Shown in pieces: positions 1 through 11,392 of a DNA stretch of 35,176 nt. The notes under the pieces were generated by a model. That model did no database searches. It saw nothing but the letters and a program-made list of their open reading frames with translations, and had not been told where the DNA came from. The position numbers were made by a program, and so were the translations under genes. The stretch is from NCBI RefSeq assembly GCF_000315625.1, contig NW_005434667.1, positions 136,174 through 171,349 of the forward strand, written 5' to 3'. Source of the stretch: Guillardia theta CCMP2712 (taxonomy: Eukaryota > Protista > Cryptophyta). Position 1 is the first letter of the stretch. Each line of letters begins with the position of its first letter.

Positions 1-912
1 CATCTCTTTCCTGCTTACCTACAATCGTAAGCCAGCCACCTCCCTCGGCCTCCCTTCCCCCTCCCCTCCCTCCCCTCCCTGCCCCTCCCCACCTTCTCCT
101 GACTTCGATTGCTCCCCAGCTCTCACACTGCCCTCGAATCCAACGTTGCTTCCTCCGACCAACGAGCGCAACATGTCGGACAAGGCACCAACACCACTAT
201 CTCCTCCTCCTCCTCGTCCTCCTTCGCTCGTCACCATCCCTCCGTTGCTCCGCAGGTCTCCCGCCAACCCCCTCCCCATGCTGATCGCCAACCGCTCCTT
301 CCTCCCTCCTCCGTCAGCTCGGGCGACCAACCCGAGGGGAGGAGTTTGCGTCATCCGACGAGGCAGAGCGGCTCCTTCCTGGGCTCTCCCCGTCAGTTCG
401 CGACCAACAACCTCCGTCCCATCCTTCACGCTTCTCCTTCTGTCAAGTCCGAAGTCGTCGCCAGACATCCCAACGCTTCCCCCTCTCTTCACTTCACCGA
501 AGGAGCCGCAGCCCAGTCAGCTCGGAATCAGGGCGCGAGCAGGCAGGAGGAGGGAGGAGGGAGGAGCACAGGCAAGGACAGTTCGAGCATGCGGCAGCAG
601 GAAGAGAGGGATAACGAGAGCATTGTCGCTCGTGACCTGTTCTCCTCCTTCCTCCACGACTCGCTCCTCGACAGCTCAGCTGACCTCCAACGCACCCCGT
701 CGGCTACAGACACGTCGGGGATGCTTCTATGGGCTTCTCTACACCTCGAGGAGGAGGAGCAGGGAAGGAGGAGAGGACGCAGGAGAGGTTCAGAAGCGCC
801 AACAACACCAGGGGTGCTCAGCGCGTTGGGGAGGAGAGGAGGGAGGAGGCAAGGGAGGAGGCCCGTGTACAGCCGTCGGAGCACCAAAGATTCAATGGAA
901 GCGGAGGAATAG
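1..912 (+). CDS. 3' end of a low-complexity, probably disordered hypothetical protein (5'-truncated by the window)
   Basis: Exon 1-26 (HLFPAYLQ), then a GTAAGC..CTGAC..CCCCAG intron at 27-119, joins in frame to ORF 109..912 (SHTALESNVASS...DSMEAEE*). Ser/Arg/Gln-rich with no recognisable domain. Confidence 0.55.
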
Positions 913-1492
913 AGGAGAGGAGATCTAGCGCTCGAGAGGAGGATAAGAGAGAAATGTGGGAGGGAGAGGAGGGGAGGAGATGATGAGCAAGTGTACGGAG
1001 GGAGGAGGGAGGAGGGAGGAGGGATGGAAACAAGAGCCGTTAGCCCTGATCACGTGATGCAGGTCGACCCACCATCCCGCCCTTCATCCGTTTCCGACCG
1101 AACTCAGAGGAGGAGAAAAGGAGAGCAGCAGCTGTCTCGAGGGACTCTCAGGTCCAGTCCCAGGTGGTTCCGTCGGGAGGCAGGAAGGAGGACGGGAGAA
1201 GGTTTGACGGGACTCGTTTCCTCAAGCGGGAAGACTCGCCACGGAGATTCAAAGTGCCAGGATGACGATCGAAGACAAAGCAACACTCCCTCCCTCCCTC
1301 TCGCCCCCCTCCTTCTCTCCCTTCCTTCTCCTTCCCTTCCTTCGTCGTCCTTCTCTCCCTTCTGATCTCTCTCCCACCTGGTCTCCCTTCCTCCCTCCAC
1401 TTCCCCCCCCTCCCCTTTTCGCTCTCGATCTTCCAACCTCAAGATACACATCATTCAACTTCTATTCGCCCCCTCCCTCTTCTGCTGGATTT

Positions 1493-4400
1493 TCACTTCT
1501 TCTCTACCCCTTCCGCCTTGTCCAGCTGCTTCCAGTACCTGCCATGACGTCAGCCCAGCTCGACTCCAGCTGAGAGGCTCACGAGTCAATGTCATTGCGG
1601 GCTCCTGAGGCGGACATCCCGACGTAAACGCCCTTTCCCTTCTGTGCCAGCTCGAAGTCAGCTGGGAAATCGCAAGAAGCAGCTGCCTCGCCTTGTAGAA
1701 CCTCTCCGGCTCGTGTGCAGCACGTGCGGCAACCTTAGAGCCGGCCTGCTGCTTGTTGGAGAAGAAGTTCTCCCAGTTCAGCTCCCCGTCCTTGCCCGTG
1801 TGGGTGGTGTTGCTGCTGGGGAGGTGAGAACGGGTTGCGCGAGGGAGGTCGAGCCGGGAAAGGGCACCTGTCAACGTTGACCTGGTCCATGCTGTCGATC
1901 GTCTCATCTCCAAGGGAATGGTTGCTTGCAAGGATCGGAGTATGGGTGGTGTGCATCTGCAGCATTGTGTTCAGCTCCTCTTCATCCCTACTCCTCCGGC
2001 CTAACCTTGGGCTCAGCCTGGGGAGAGAAGAACTTGTTCCAACGGGGGGTGTCTTGAGCGAAGTCTTCACTGACCTTGACGACCTGGGACGCATGTCAAA
2101 CTCTTACAACGGTCACTTGACACTTCACGTCGTCCAGCAGCCCGTCCACGTCCTTCTCAGGTCTCAGCTTGTCGCGGATGATCCCACTAGAAACCGCTTG
2201 CTGAAACTTGCTCTGCCCAGCAGCGCGTCAGCACAACGAAGCACGTCTGCAGTCAGCGTGCTGCTCACCTGAAGCTTCGCCTTCCCCTGCACCTTCTTGA
2301 GCTCCTTGGAAGTCCTCAGCTTCACTGCGCTCGCCAGGCGATTCTTGCCGTTGACGGCCTTCGCCCAGGAATTCTCCGAGGTCACCTTGGAGACCGAAAC
2401 TCTTTCATCGTCTCCAAACATCTCCTGCAGCCCTCTCAGTCTTCCGCTCTCCCTCCTTCACACCCCTCACCTCGTCACCGAGATTCTTCTGCGCCAACAT
2501 GGTCGTCGGCGCCTTAGCAACCTGAACGTAGGGAGCGTAGCGAGGCTGATAACCTCCGTACACGACGTTGCCCATCATGTTTCGCAGCTGGTATGTGTTG
2601 CCCCGGTACATGTAAGGGACGATCTGCTCAGAAGGGAATACCACGTCCCCCTGGTTCTCTCCGTAGATGCGGTCTGGCAGGTCGATCACTTCGTCCCCGC
2701 AGAGGGTCCCGTTGCCGAGGCATGTGGGCGCAGGGCTGAGCGACGTGAAGTGCTCCTTCTCTGACCTCAGCGCCTGCATGGCGCGCTGCCTCTGCATCAT
2801 GAGCCCTCTAGCTGCCTGGTACCTCCTCAGCGCCTGCCAGCTCGTCAGATCCGCTGATTCACGGCAGCTGGTGGCTCAACCTGAAGAGCAACTGGAGGAG
2901 CCAAAGATCCAAGTCCCGGAAGGGGACGAGCACTGAAGGAGCAGTGAGTCTCTACTGTCGAGCATCTCCCTCCTCATCACCTCGGCACCATTCGGCGCTG
3001 ATTCATCAGGGCACTTGGCCGGGCAGACAGGAACGTGCCTCCTCGCATCTGACGAAAGATGGAGTTGGTGTTGCCGCTCCAGGGATCGTAGGTGGTCGGG
3101 TGGCTGGGACGTTCGAGGTCGAAGTCACGGCCGATGGTCTCCTCGCAGTCTCCTTCGTTCAAGTCTGGATGGCCAGCGCAGCCGTTGGGATCCGAGCAAC
3201 GGAACTTGCAAGGCTTCTTGGCTGCTTGCGCGACACTCTGCTCTCCCTTGACTTTGACACCGTTGGCGTAGTCGAAGTTGCCGCCCACTCCTGCTCCTGA
3301 CATCTCACCAGCGACAGGAACGTTCGCCCAGGGACCCTCGCCAAGGAAGCCGTTGCTCCATTCGAGCTGTTGAGACTTTGAGATAAGTCAGAAACATCAC
3401 GTGCATCATTCAGTCGCTACATTGACGACAGGGCGGAGGCCGGAGGGCTTCGCCTGTCTGAACATGTATTGGTTCAGAGCGTTGCCGGGCACCAGCACGT
3501 CTCCATCGTCGAACCCGCCCTGCGAGCTGCAACAGTGGCATCAGCGCCTCGTCTTCTAACCAGGATCATGTGAATAAGATCAATGCTACCTCGTGGCCGG
3601 AACGTCGAAGATCTCATCGGCGGGGATAGCCATCTTGTGCGAGGAGAGGTGCACCATGGGTGAATCCACCTGCTCAGCTTTCTTGGTTCCGATCTTGATC
3701 TGAAGTCTCGCCTGAAGACAAGGCAGGATAATGAGCTATTCCGGTGGCATAACAACGAGATCGCCTTGGCAGAGGGGAGGAGGAATGATGAGGACCAAAA
3801 GGAGCTTCACCTTGTCATGGGTCGAGCTCTTGGGTGCACGAGAGAGCTTCGGGGAGGGATCCTTGCTGCTCTGTGGCTTGTGCTTGAACATGTACTGGTT
3901 CAGAGCATCCCCAGGCACATGTACATCGCCATCGTCGAAGTGAACGTTGCTAACCAGAGAAGTCAGGAACACTGATCATCAGCACGATGAGATCTCACTC
4001 GTGCGTTGGTACATCGATGACATCCGTTCCAAGGTTCTTGACAGCCTTTGTGTCCTTCAAGGCAGATTGCACAGGAGCAGTTGACTTCACGGTCTGTTGT
4101 TGAGATCAACGAACCAGACATGATCGTGAGAGGGTGGAGTCATGGCACCTGGAGGCTCTTGGCATGAGCATGAGCATGAGCATGAGCATGAGCATCCTTG
4201 CTTGAGCTGGAGGAGCGCAATCAGCTTCCCGGGGTTCATAGCACTAGTGAGCACCTGCTAGCTGCGAGCTTGGTACCGTCCTTCTTCAGTTCAGAATGCG
4301 CTTCAACTTTCTGTTCAGCAACCTTGGCCGCATGGGCATGAGCAGCATGGGCGGGTGAGGCATGCCCAGCCAGCGCCTTCTTGTGGGACACGAGCTTGTG

Positions 4401-4689
4401 CACATTGGCTTGAGCTTCTGATTTGTGCGGAGCAAACAGCTCCTGATTAAGCTTGGCAAAATGATCCAACTCCTGGTCTGCAATCTGCAAGAAGCGCTCA
4501 GGGCAGGAGCCTCGCGCAACGATCCCTCACCCGTCTTGATATCTGATGCTGAAGATGCTGCTCTCGTTCTACTTGCGCGACAGAGAGCATAGAAACTCGT
4601 CCGTGTGAGTAGTAAACTCCAGCAACGGCAAGCACGACAGCACAGGCGAGTACCGCCATCACGCGGGAAGTCCGAGAGCTTCCCAACAT
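1493..4689 (-). CDS. Multi-exon secreted or type II membrane protein with internal repeats (D-[VI]-x-D-x-P...GDVxxPx...YM[FY]); probably lineage-specific
   Basis: N-terminal hydrophobic segment (VMAVLACAVVLAVAGVYY) from ATG 4689. About 15 short GT/GC-AG introns link ORF fragments 4498..4689, 4236..4490, 3736..3972, 2977..3303, 2405..2800, 2164..2421 and 1455..1931 in frame. Ends GMSASGARNDIDSYWKQLDKAEGVEKK* at 1493. Confidence 0.75.
4157..4195. repeat. (GCATGA)n hexamer repeat encoding AHAHAH in the minus-strand gene
   Basis: Direct tandem repeat inside a predicted exon. Confidence 0.85.
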
Positions 4690-4984
4690 CCCCTTCCCTG
4701 CCCTAGCAGGAAGCAGCGGAGCCTGTCAACGTGCACAGTCAGGGAGCTGCGGTTAATTTAAAGATCGAGCTGAAACCAACGATAGGGAACGTTTTCGCAT
4801 TGCGACAACGAATCAAAGATGGCTCTTGCTCCATCTCATCCCCTTGTTCCCTCTCCTCGCTTCTTCACTTCACATCTACTGTTCTGCTCTCCTTCTGCCC
4901 CCCTCACTCGCTTGCTCGCCCTCCACAACGAGTCTCCCTCCACCTTACCGCCGCTCCCGGCATGTTGAGGCTCCGAAGGGACGG

Positions 4985-5390
4985 ACAACCCCTACCCCCT
5001 CCCGTCCCTTGTTCGGACCCCTGTCTCTCTGGGTACCCTCAGTATCTCCCCACCCCCTTTACTCCTTCAAAAGTACCCGTATCGTCCCCAAGAAACATGA
5101 TTACCCCCACCTAGTCTTGGTCAGTCTATATAACGGGTAGTACTCTCTCGTACCCTGAGGACCCTACCGTACACTTGTGGGCCATAAGTGGGGTCGTGGA
5201 AATATGTAGATAGGGGACTAGGACCCCACCCACAATGAACAGAATTCGGAACCCCACTCCTGCTTGTACTTGACGTGGTACTGACTACCCCCCTTTACTA
5301 AAGGTAATTTGATCTGATCAAGTGGGGTGTCTCGAGAAATTCGTGGACCCCCACCACTCAAAATTAGTACCCCACCCCAAAGTGTTCCAA
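4985..5390. promoter_or_regulatory. ACCCC/GGGGT-rich intergenic island between divergent genes (putative bidirectional promoter region)
   Basis: Many [TG]ACCC / ACCCCACCCC words. Pyrimidine tract to the left and purine (GGA) tract to the right, between ATG 4689(-) and ATG 5949(+). Confidence 0.35.
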
Positions 5391-5948
5391 GCGGAGGCTT
5401 GCTAATGCCTGCCAATGCCGATATAAAGGGGGCGAAGTAGGAGGAGGAAGGGGAGGAGGAGGAGGAGGAGGAGGAGGAGGAGGAGAAAGGAATGATGAGT
5501 AGTAGCCGAGGAGAAGACGAAACAGAAGAGTTGAAGGACAGAGATGCATAAAGATATCTGAGGGAGAATGGCGTCAGCTCTTTCGCAAAGTCATTGTAGA
5601 TTATCGCAAGCAAAGGAAGTATAGGAGGTGAGGCAGCGAGGGGACGGAGCTGAGTTTGCATCACTGCAATGAGAGGAAGAAGCTGGAGAGTACATATATG
5701 TGCAAAAGAACTTCTTACCAAAGTGTATATTGTGAGCGATAAGTTTTAACGCGAAGCTACGACATGTGTACAGAGCATGCGTGCCAGTGACCCATTGACG
5801 TGATTGTCCTCACAAATGGGTGTGAAGTGGTTTAGAAGCGATAAAAGATAGAATCGCAACGATATCAATAGCGAATGCTTTCAATTCTTGTCGTCCATCG
5901 AAGTTTCCTCTCCTTTTCACTGAAAGCTCCTCTTGTTTGCAGACAGGT

Positions 5949-8456
5949 ATGCGGAAGGCTCTGTGTCTCCTGCTCCTCTTCGCTGCTCCCGCCCACAGCT
6001 TCCTCAGCCCTGCGTTGGGCCGAGTGCTTCCTGGCTGCCGGTCATGCCCTGGGGCCTCTCTCCGTGCAGGGAGGATGACGAACAGGAGTCCAAGGTCGCA
6101 GGTGAAGAGGAGGGAAGGTGACGGGTGATGGTGATGGTGAGGGTGAGCTGCAGGGACCCAAGATGATCTCCATCGACAAGAGCATCAAGGATCACGACTG
6201 CACGCCAGAGTTCCACGTGGCTGTGCTGGGGGACCTGCATCTTGATCCCAGCGACATGGAGCTACACGACGAGGTATGCAACTGCCTGCTGGGCATGCTC
6301 CCTGCTCAGCTCAGCTCCAGGGGAGGAAGCACATCGTGGACCTCCTGCGAGACAAACCCAACACGCACATGATCTCACTCGGTGACCTCGGTATGGTCGT
6401 TCCTCCCCTGTAGTGACTGTGCTTCTCCCTCCCCTCCTCCCGTGCTCAAGCTTGCCTCCCTTGACCCGCACTTCTGAATCCCCTCCCCTCAGTTCCTTTC
6501 ATCTCACCTCTCCCTCTTCTCATCGTCTTCCTCCTCCCCCTCCCTCTCTCCCTGATCATCAGCACTTGCCACCCGCCCCCTGACGTCTGACACTGTCAGG
6601 CGCGTACGGGAGCGCTGGCACGTCGGAGAACTTCGACTTCACCAAGAAGTGGCTGGACAGCTTCAAGGTCGACCTTGACATCGTGACGGGGAACCATGAC
6701 CTGGAGGGTGTGGACGAGTTCTTCTCAGACCGAGAGAACCTGGAGGCCTGGATGAAGGCGTTCAAGAAGAGGACCCCCCACTTCTGCACTGAGATCGCGG
6801 AGAAAGTCCTCTGCGTCGGACTCTCCACAGTTCGTTTCCGCGACACCGCCTACTCTTCACACGAGGTCTACATCGACGAGGAGCAGATCGAGTGGTTCGA
6901 CAGAGTTCTGGAGCACCACAGCGCCAAGGACGGCTGGAAGGTGCTGGTGTTCACACACGCTCCCATCATGGGCAGCGGCCTGCGAACGCTCCAAGGAGTT
7001 CACATCAAGAATGGCTGCGCCTGGATCAACCACACAGAGGAGAAGACTCGGCTCAAGTTCTTCGAGCTGTGCAACAAGCATCCTTGCATCCGCGCGTGGT
7101 TCAGCGGTCACTTCCACCTGTCGCACGACTACGAGGAGAGCATCACCATCAACGGTGACCACGACGTCGCCTTCGTGCAAGTCGGGGTGATCGGAGAGAA
7201 GTCGATGAGGGACGGGAGGAGGCAGACGCGGCTGGTGCGAGGAGACAGCAAGAGCATCCGGATCTACACGGTCAACCACCACCAGGGAGGAAGCGAGCGG
7301 CTGGACATGGAGATGGTCTTCGGCGAAGCCGGCAAGCCCGACAAGATTCACTTCCCCAAGGAGCACGACGAGTGGATCGTCCCCAGCTCAGCTGGGTGGT
7401 TCAGTGCAAGGACTCCTAGCGCAGAGGACGGCTGCTTCCTCGACAGCTTCCTGTCCGAGAACCCTGACGCTGATCTCGTCCCTGTGAGCAGCGCGCTGGC
7501 GGAGAAGAAGGACGTGGTTTGCTGGTGGCATATGGCGGACGGCCGCGTGCTTGGTGTGCACGATGGGCTCCTGGTGGAGTACGACCCGACGACTCTTGCT
7601 CCTCTTGGAGTGGTGAGCCCTCCTCCCCTCCCATACTCTCCCTCCCTCCCTCCCCCCCACTGCTCCCTTCCTCCCTACACTCTCATCCCCCCCCTCACCT
7701 TTCCACTTCCCCTCCTCTCTTACTCCCCACCCTTGTCTTCCTCTTCGTCTTCATTGACCCCCCCCCCGCCTCTATCTCCCCCTCAGCCTCTGATCTTTCT
7801 CCTTCTCCCTGCAGGTGGTGGAGGAGAAGGCGATGGCGGGCAAGGAGCTGATGATTGTCGACAACGGCAACGTCGCCATGCTTGTCTCCGAGGTGAGAAA
7901 ATCCCAACACTCTGCAACATGTTCACATAGACAGTCCATGTTTGCTCTTCATCCCAGGGTCTTCTTGACGTTGGTCATGCTCTGTCTTGAAAACTTTCGT
8001 TACATCTCATCTTGTTGTTGTCTGCAAACCTTCATCACATCCCACGTTGTTGTGCTGGACATTCTCTCCTAGCTTTGCTCCCTCTCTGCCTCCCTCCCCA
8101 TCCCTGATGGGCTTGTCAGGGTCCGGAAGGGGTGAAAACGGAAGTCATTCACCCCAACGATGATGGGAGCTACTGGAGGAAATTCCAGCGCAACAAGATG
8201 GCGAGGATCCGACAGAAGCAGAGGGAGGAGCTTGCGAGGAAAGCAGCTGAAAGACTCTTCATGAACCGAAGTGCTGGAGAGAGGTAACACTGCCCCTGCT
8301 CCTGCCCCTGCCCCTGCCCCTGCTCCCTTATCCTCCTTCTTCCCTCCCTGGTCTCCTGCTGATCCATCAACTGCTCCTTCTCCTCCCTGCTCTTCCTCCT
8401 GATTTCCTTCGCTTTGCTGCCTTTTTCTTCCCTCTCGAATGACAGCTCCTACTGCC

Positions 8457-8516
<60 letters not shown>

Positions 8517-8702
8517 TCTGTCTATTATTCCCATCACAACTCCTCATCCGCTGAACCACGTTGCTTTCTCAGGTTGAAACTGTTGCTCAACGACAAGATC
8601 TCTGACGAGAGCTCGAGAGCTGAAGCTCTGAAGCTGCTGGACGAGGTGCTGAAGCAGTCTCAGTCTTCCTTGTCAAAACCCGTGTTGGAGAATGCCAAGT
8701 GA
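5949..8702 (+). CDS. Plastid-targeted calcineurin-like metallophosphoesterase (CpdA/Icc-like fold) with C-terminal extension
   Basis: Spliced motifs LGDLH (~6230), SLGDL|G, TGNHD (~6690), FTHAP and FSGHFH (~7105). N-terminus MRKALCLLLLFAAPAHS-FLSP is a signal peptide plus Phe transit peptide. Final exons are HPNDDGSYWRKFQRNK... and ...KPVLENAK* (8702). Confidence 0.88.
8457..8516. repeat. (CAT)n microsatellite in the last intron of the phosphoesterase gene
   Basis: About 20 CAT units; explains the poly-His in ORF 8439..8702. Confidence 0.9.
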
Positions 8703-8829
8703 AGAGACCAGTAGAGGCTACAAGGGACCCAGCCATGTAAGGCTGATAATGAATGAAACAATAACAACTCCTATGGCGAGTACAAGTCCAGGGGCCTTGG
8801 CCATGGAAACAAACAATAAACATCTGCTA

Positions 8830-9375
8830 TCAATCCCGCACTATCGACTTCATGTCTTGATGCAGATCTGCAATGCTGACAACACCTGCAAACCTATCAG
8901 ATCTCCAACAAGACACCTCCTCACCTCAACCTCGCTGCCTTGCTCCTGCATCTGCCAACAACCTTTCATCAGCACAAGAAACAACCGCTCCTATCTCTCA
9001 CTACCTTCTCCTTCCTCCTCATCGTCATCGTTGTGAGAATGCGCATGTCCGCAGGGTCCATGAGAGTGAGCCTGCTCGTGCAACTCTCTGCAAGCTTGCA
9101 TGACTCGCTGCTCCTTGATCTCCGCGACCGCGTCGAAGGTTCTTTGAACCCCCGGAAGCCTTCCGATCCGATCTAGCAGATCTGTCGTTCCGTTTCTCGC
9201 TTCCGCCATCCAATCGCCTGATTCGATCATCATCATCGTCGTCGTCGTCGTCGTCGTCGTCGTCATCATCATCATCATCATCATCATCATTTCCATCATC
9301 ATCGTCGTCGTCGTCGTCGTCGTCGTCATCATCATCATCATCATCATCACCACCACCACCACCACCACCACCACC

Positions 9376-9465
<90 letters not shown>

Positions 9466-9959
9466 GCTATCGTCTTCACCTTCCATGCTGTCGAGGCGAT
9501 ATCGAATCACGCTGGGACCACCAGCCAGCAGGAACTCTTCTTCTGCTTGTCTGCCCCCATACTTGGAGGAGGAAGGGTCCTGCCGCACCATGAGACGCGT
9601 CCCCTCCTACAGCATTCACCATGTCCTCACCAGCAGCTCCATCAACGCTGTGGCTGTTTCCTTCCTCTCGTCTGGTGTCTGCCTGAAGAAGAGGACAGTG
9701 AGGAAGAGTGGTAGGAAGTGGAGGACGATTAGTGGGACAGAAGGGGGTCAGAGGAAGGAGGGCAGAGAGGTAGGGAGGGAGGGAGGGAGAGGAGGGAGGG
9801 AGAGGAGGAGCAGGAGGAGCAGGAGGAGCAGGAGGAGCAGGAGGAGCAGGAGGAGCAGGAGGAGCAGGAGCAGCAGCAGGAGCAGCAGGAGCACGAAGGG
9901 AAGAGGAGGAGACGGGTATTCACTCACTTCATCTCAAGGCTTCGTACAAGCGCCTGCAT
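8830..9959 (-). CDS. Small hypothetical helical protein with a His/acidic C-terminus (start uncertain)
   Basis: Spliced reading MQALVRSLEMK|QTPDERKETATALMELL|DPSSSKYGGRQAEEEFLLAGGPSVIRYRLDSME|GDWMAEARNG...HEQAHSHGPCGHAHSHNDDDEEEGE|GVVSIADLHQDMKSIVRD* with canonical GT-AG introns. Confidence 0.55.
9227..9465. repeat. Compound trinucleotide microsatellite (CAT/CGT/CAC)n, intronic
   Basis: Direct reading; lies inside a predicted GT..AG intron and produces the spurious poly-D/M/V/T ORFs. Confidence 0.9.
9805..9893. repeat. (AGGAGGAGC)n 9-mer tandem repeat, intronic
   Basis: Direct reading. Confidence 0.85.
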
Positions 9960-10401
9960 TGCATGGAGGCGAGAGGGGGTGGAGGGGTGGGGGTCCAACT
10001 TTGTGGTAGTAGAGACAGGAGGAGGAGGGGGTCCCACTTATAAACGAGATCCGTCGGGATTGGACTTGCTGGGAGAGGCGAAGGGGGAGGAGGAGCGAGG
10101 GGGAGGAGGAGGAGGAGAAGGGGAAGAGGATGGAGGGAAGGAGCGATGATGGAAGGAGGGGAGAGGAGAGGAGAGGAGAGGGGCAGGGAGGAGAGGGGAT
10201 AGTTCGGAAGGGGTGGGATCGGATGAAGTTGATCGCTGTGGAGATTCTGAATGACGATGGGACTTTTTCAGGCTCGCCGAGACATGCGAGCGCATGGCTG
10301 CGTGTGAGAGAGTCGAGGAGGGTGTGAAGTTGATGAGACGAGGAGAGAACGTGCGCTGGCAGAAAGAAGAAGAAGCATCCTGAAGGCTGGTCGGGCTGAC
10401 C

Positions 10402-11320
10402 ATGTCCATGATAAGGTGGGTACCAGCATTGCTATTCGCTGTATTCCTTTTCGTAGACGACGCGTGCGAAGCGTTCATGACGAGGAACAAGAAGTTCCGT
10501 CTCGACTGCCTTCCTCTCTCAAGGATGCTCCGCATGCGGCATGGCAGGAAGATGCATAGGAGCTACGACGATGTCATCGAAAGCTGCATGGACCGGGCAA
10601 TGGATCGTGGGGAGAAGGAGCGGCGAGTGCGGGTAGATAGCAAGGACGTCCTTTCCTCTGTCTTGGACCGAGTCTCGAGGGACCTGGAGGACTCCACGGC
10701 GACAAGCTGCAAGATCGGGATGTCACGTTCAATGTCACTGCTGGCCGGGAGCAGGGAAAGGTGACGACTTTTCCTTGAGGGAGGGCGGGGGGTTGCCGGT
10801 TGTGACGAAGCTTGCAGTCTGATGGACTTGTGTCTCGAAGGCTACAATCTCTACAGGTTGAGAAGTTTCACGGAATGCTGGTGAGGAGGAGGAGGAGGAG
10901 GAGGAGGAGGAGGAGAAGGAGGAGGAGGGGGGGGAGAGGAGAAGGAGGAGTACTTTGGTGGGCGGGAGGCGGGGGTGACGGTAGTTGCTGCAGGAAAATC
11001 TTTGTTCGAGCGGAGGAGATTATTTTGATGCATCTTATCATTCCCGAATATCGAGACAGGTGAGAAACTTGTACTTCAGTGCAATCTTGACGTTATTATT
11101 GGATGTTTGCACTGACATACCTTTCCAGCTCTCTGAAGAACCTGTTGTCATATGCACAACTCGGAGTGGCGAACAGCAGTCTGATCCTGGGCAAGTACAC
11201 AACAAGTGCCGTCCGATGCTCAGACGTCTTGATGAGAAACAAACAAAATCACAAGGTGTGAAGAGATGCTGTGGAACTTAAAGAAGTGGTTGCGCGCCTG
11301 CTGCTGCTCCTGTCCCTGCG

Positions 11321-11392
<72 letters not shown>

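Noticed and set aside
991-1460. Short ORFs between convergent genes
   Set aside because: GA/CT low-complexity 3' intergenic sequence without coding signal.
4985-5390. CRISPR-like or telomere-like array
   Set aside because: The recurring words are only 4-9 nt, irregularly spaced and not identical; eukaryotic context with no cas genes.
8439-8570. Poly-His N-terminus of an 87-aa ORF
   Set aside because: Intronic (CAT)n; only 8572-8702 is the terminal exon of the phosphoesterase.
8991-9591. Poly-M/V/T and poly-D/G ORFs
   Set aside because: Translations of an intronic trinucleotide microsatellite bounded by GT..AG.
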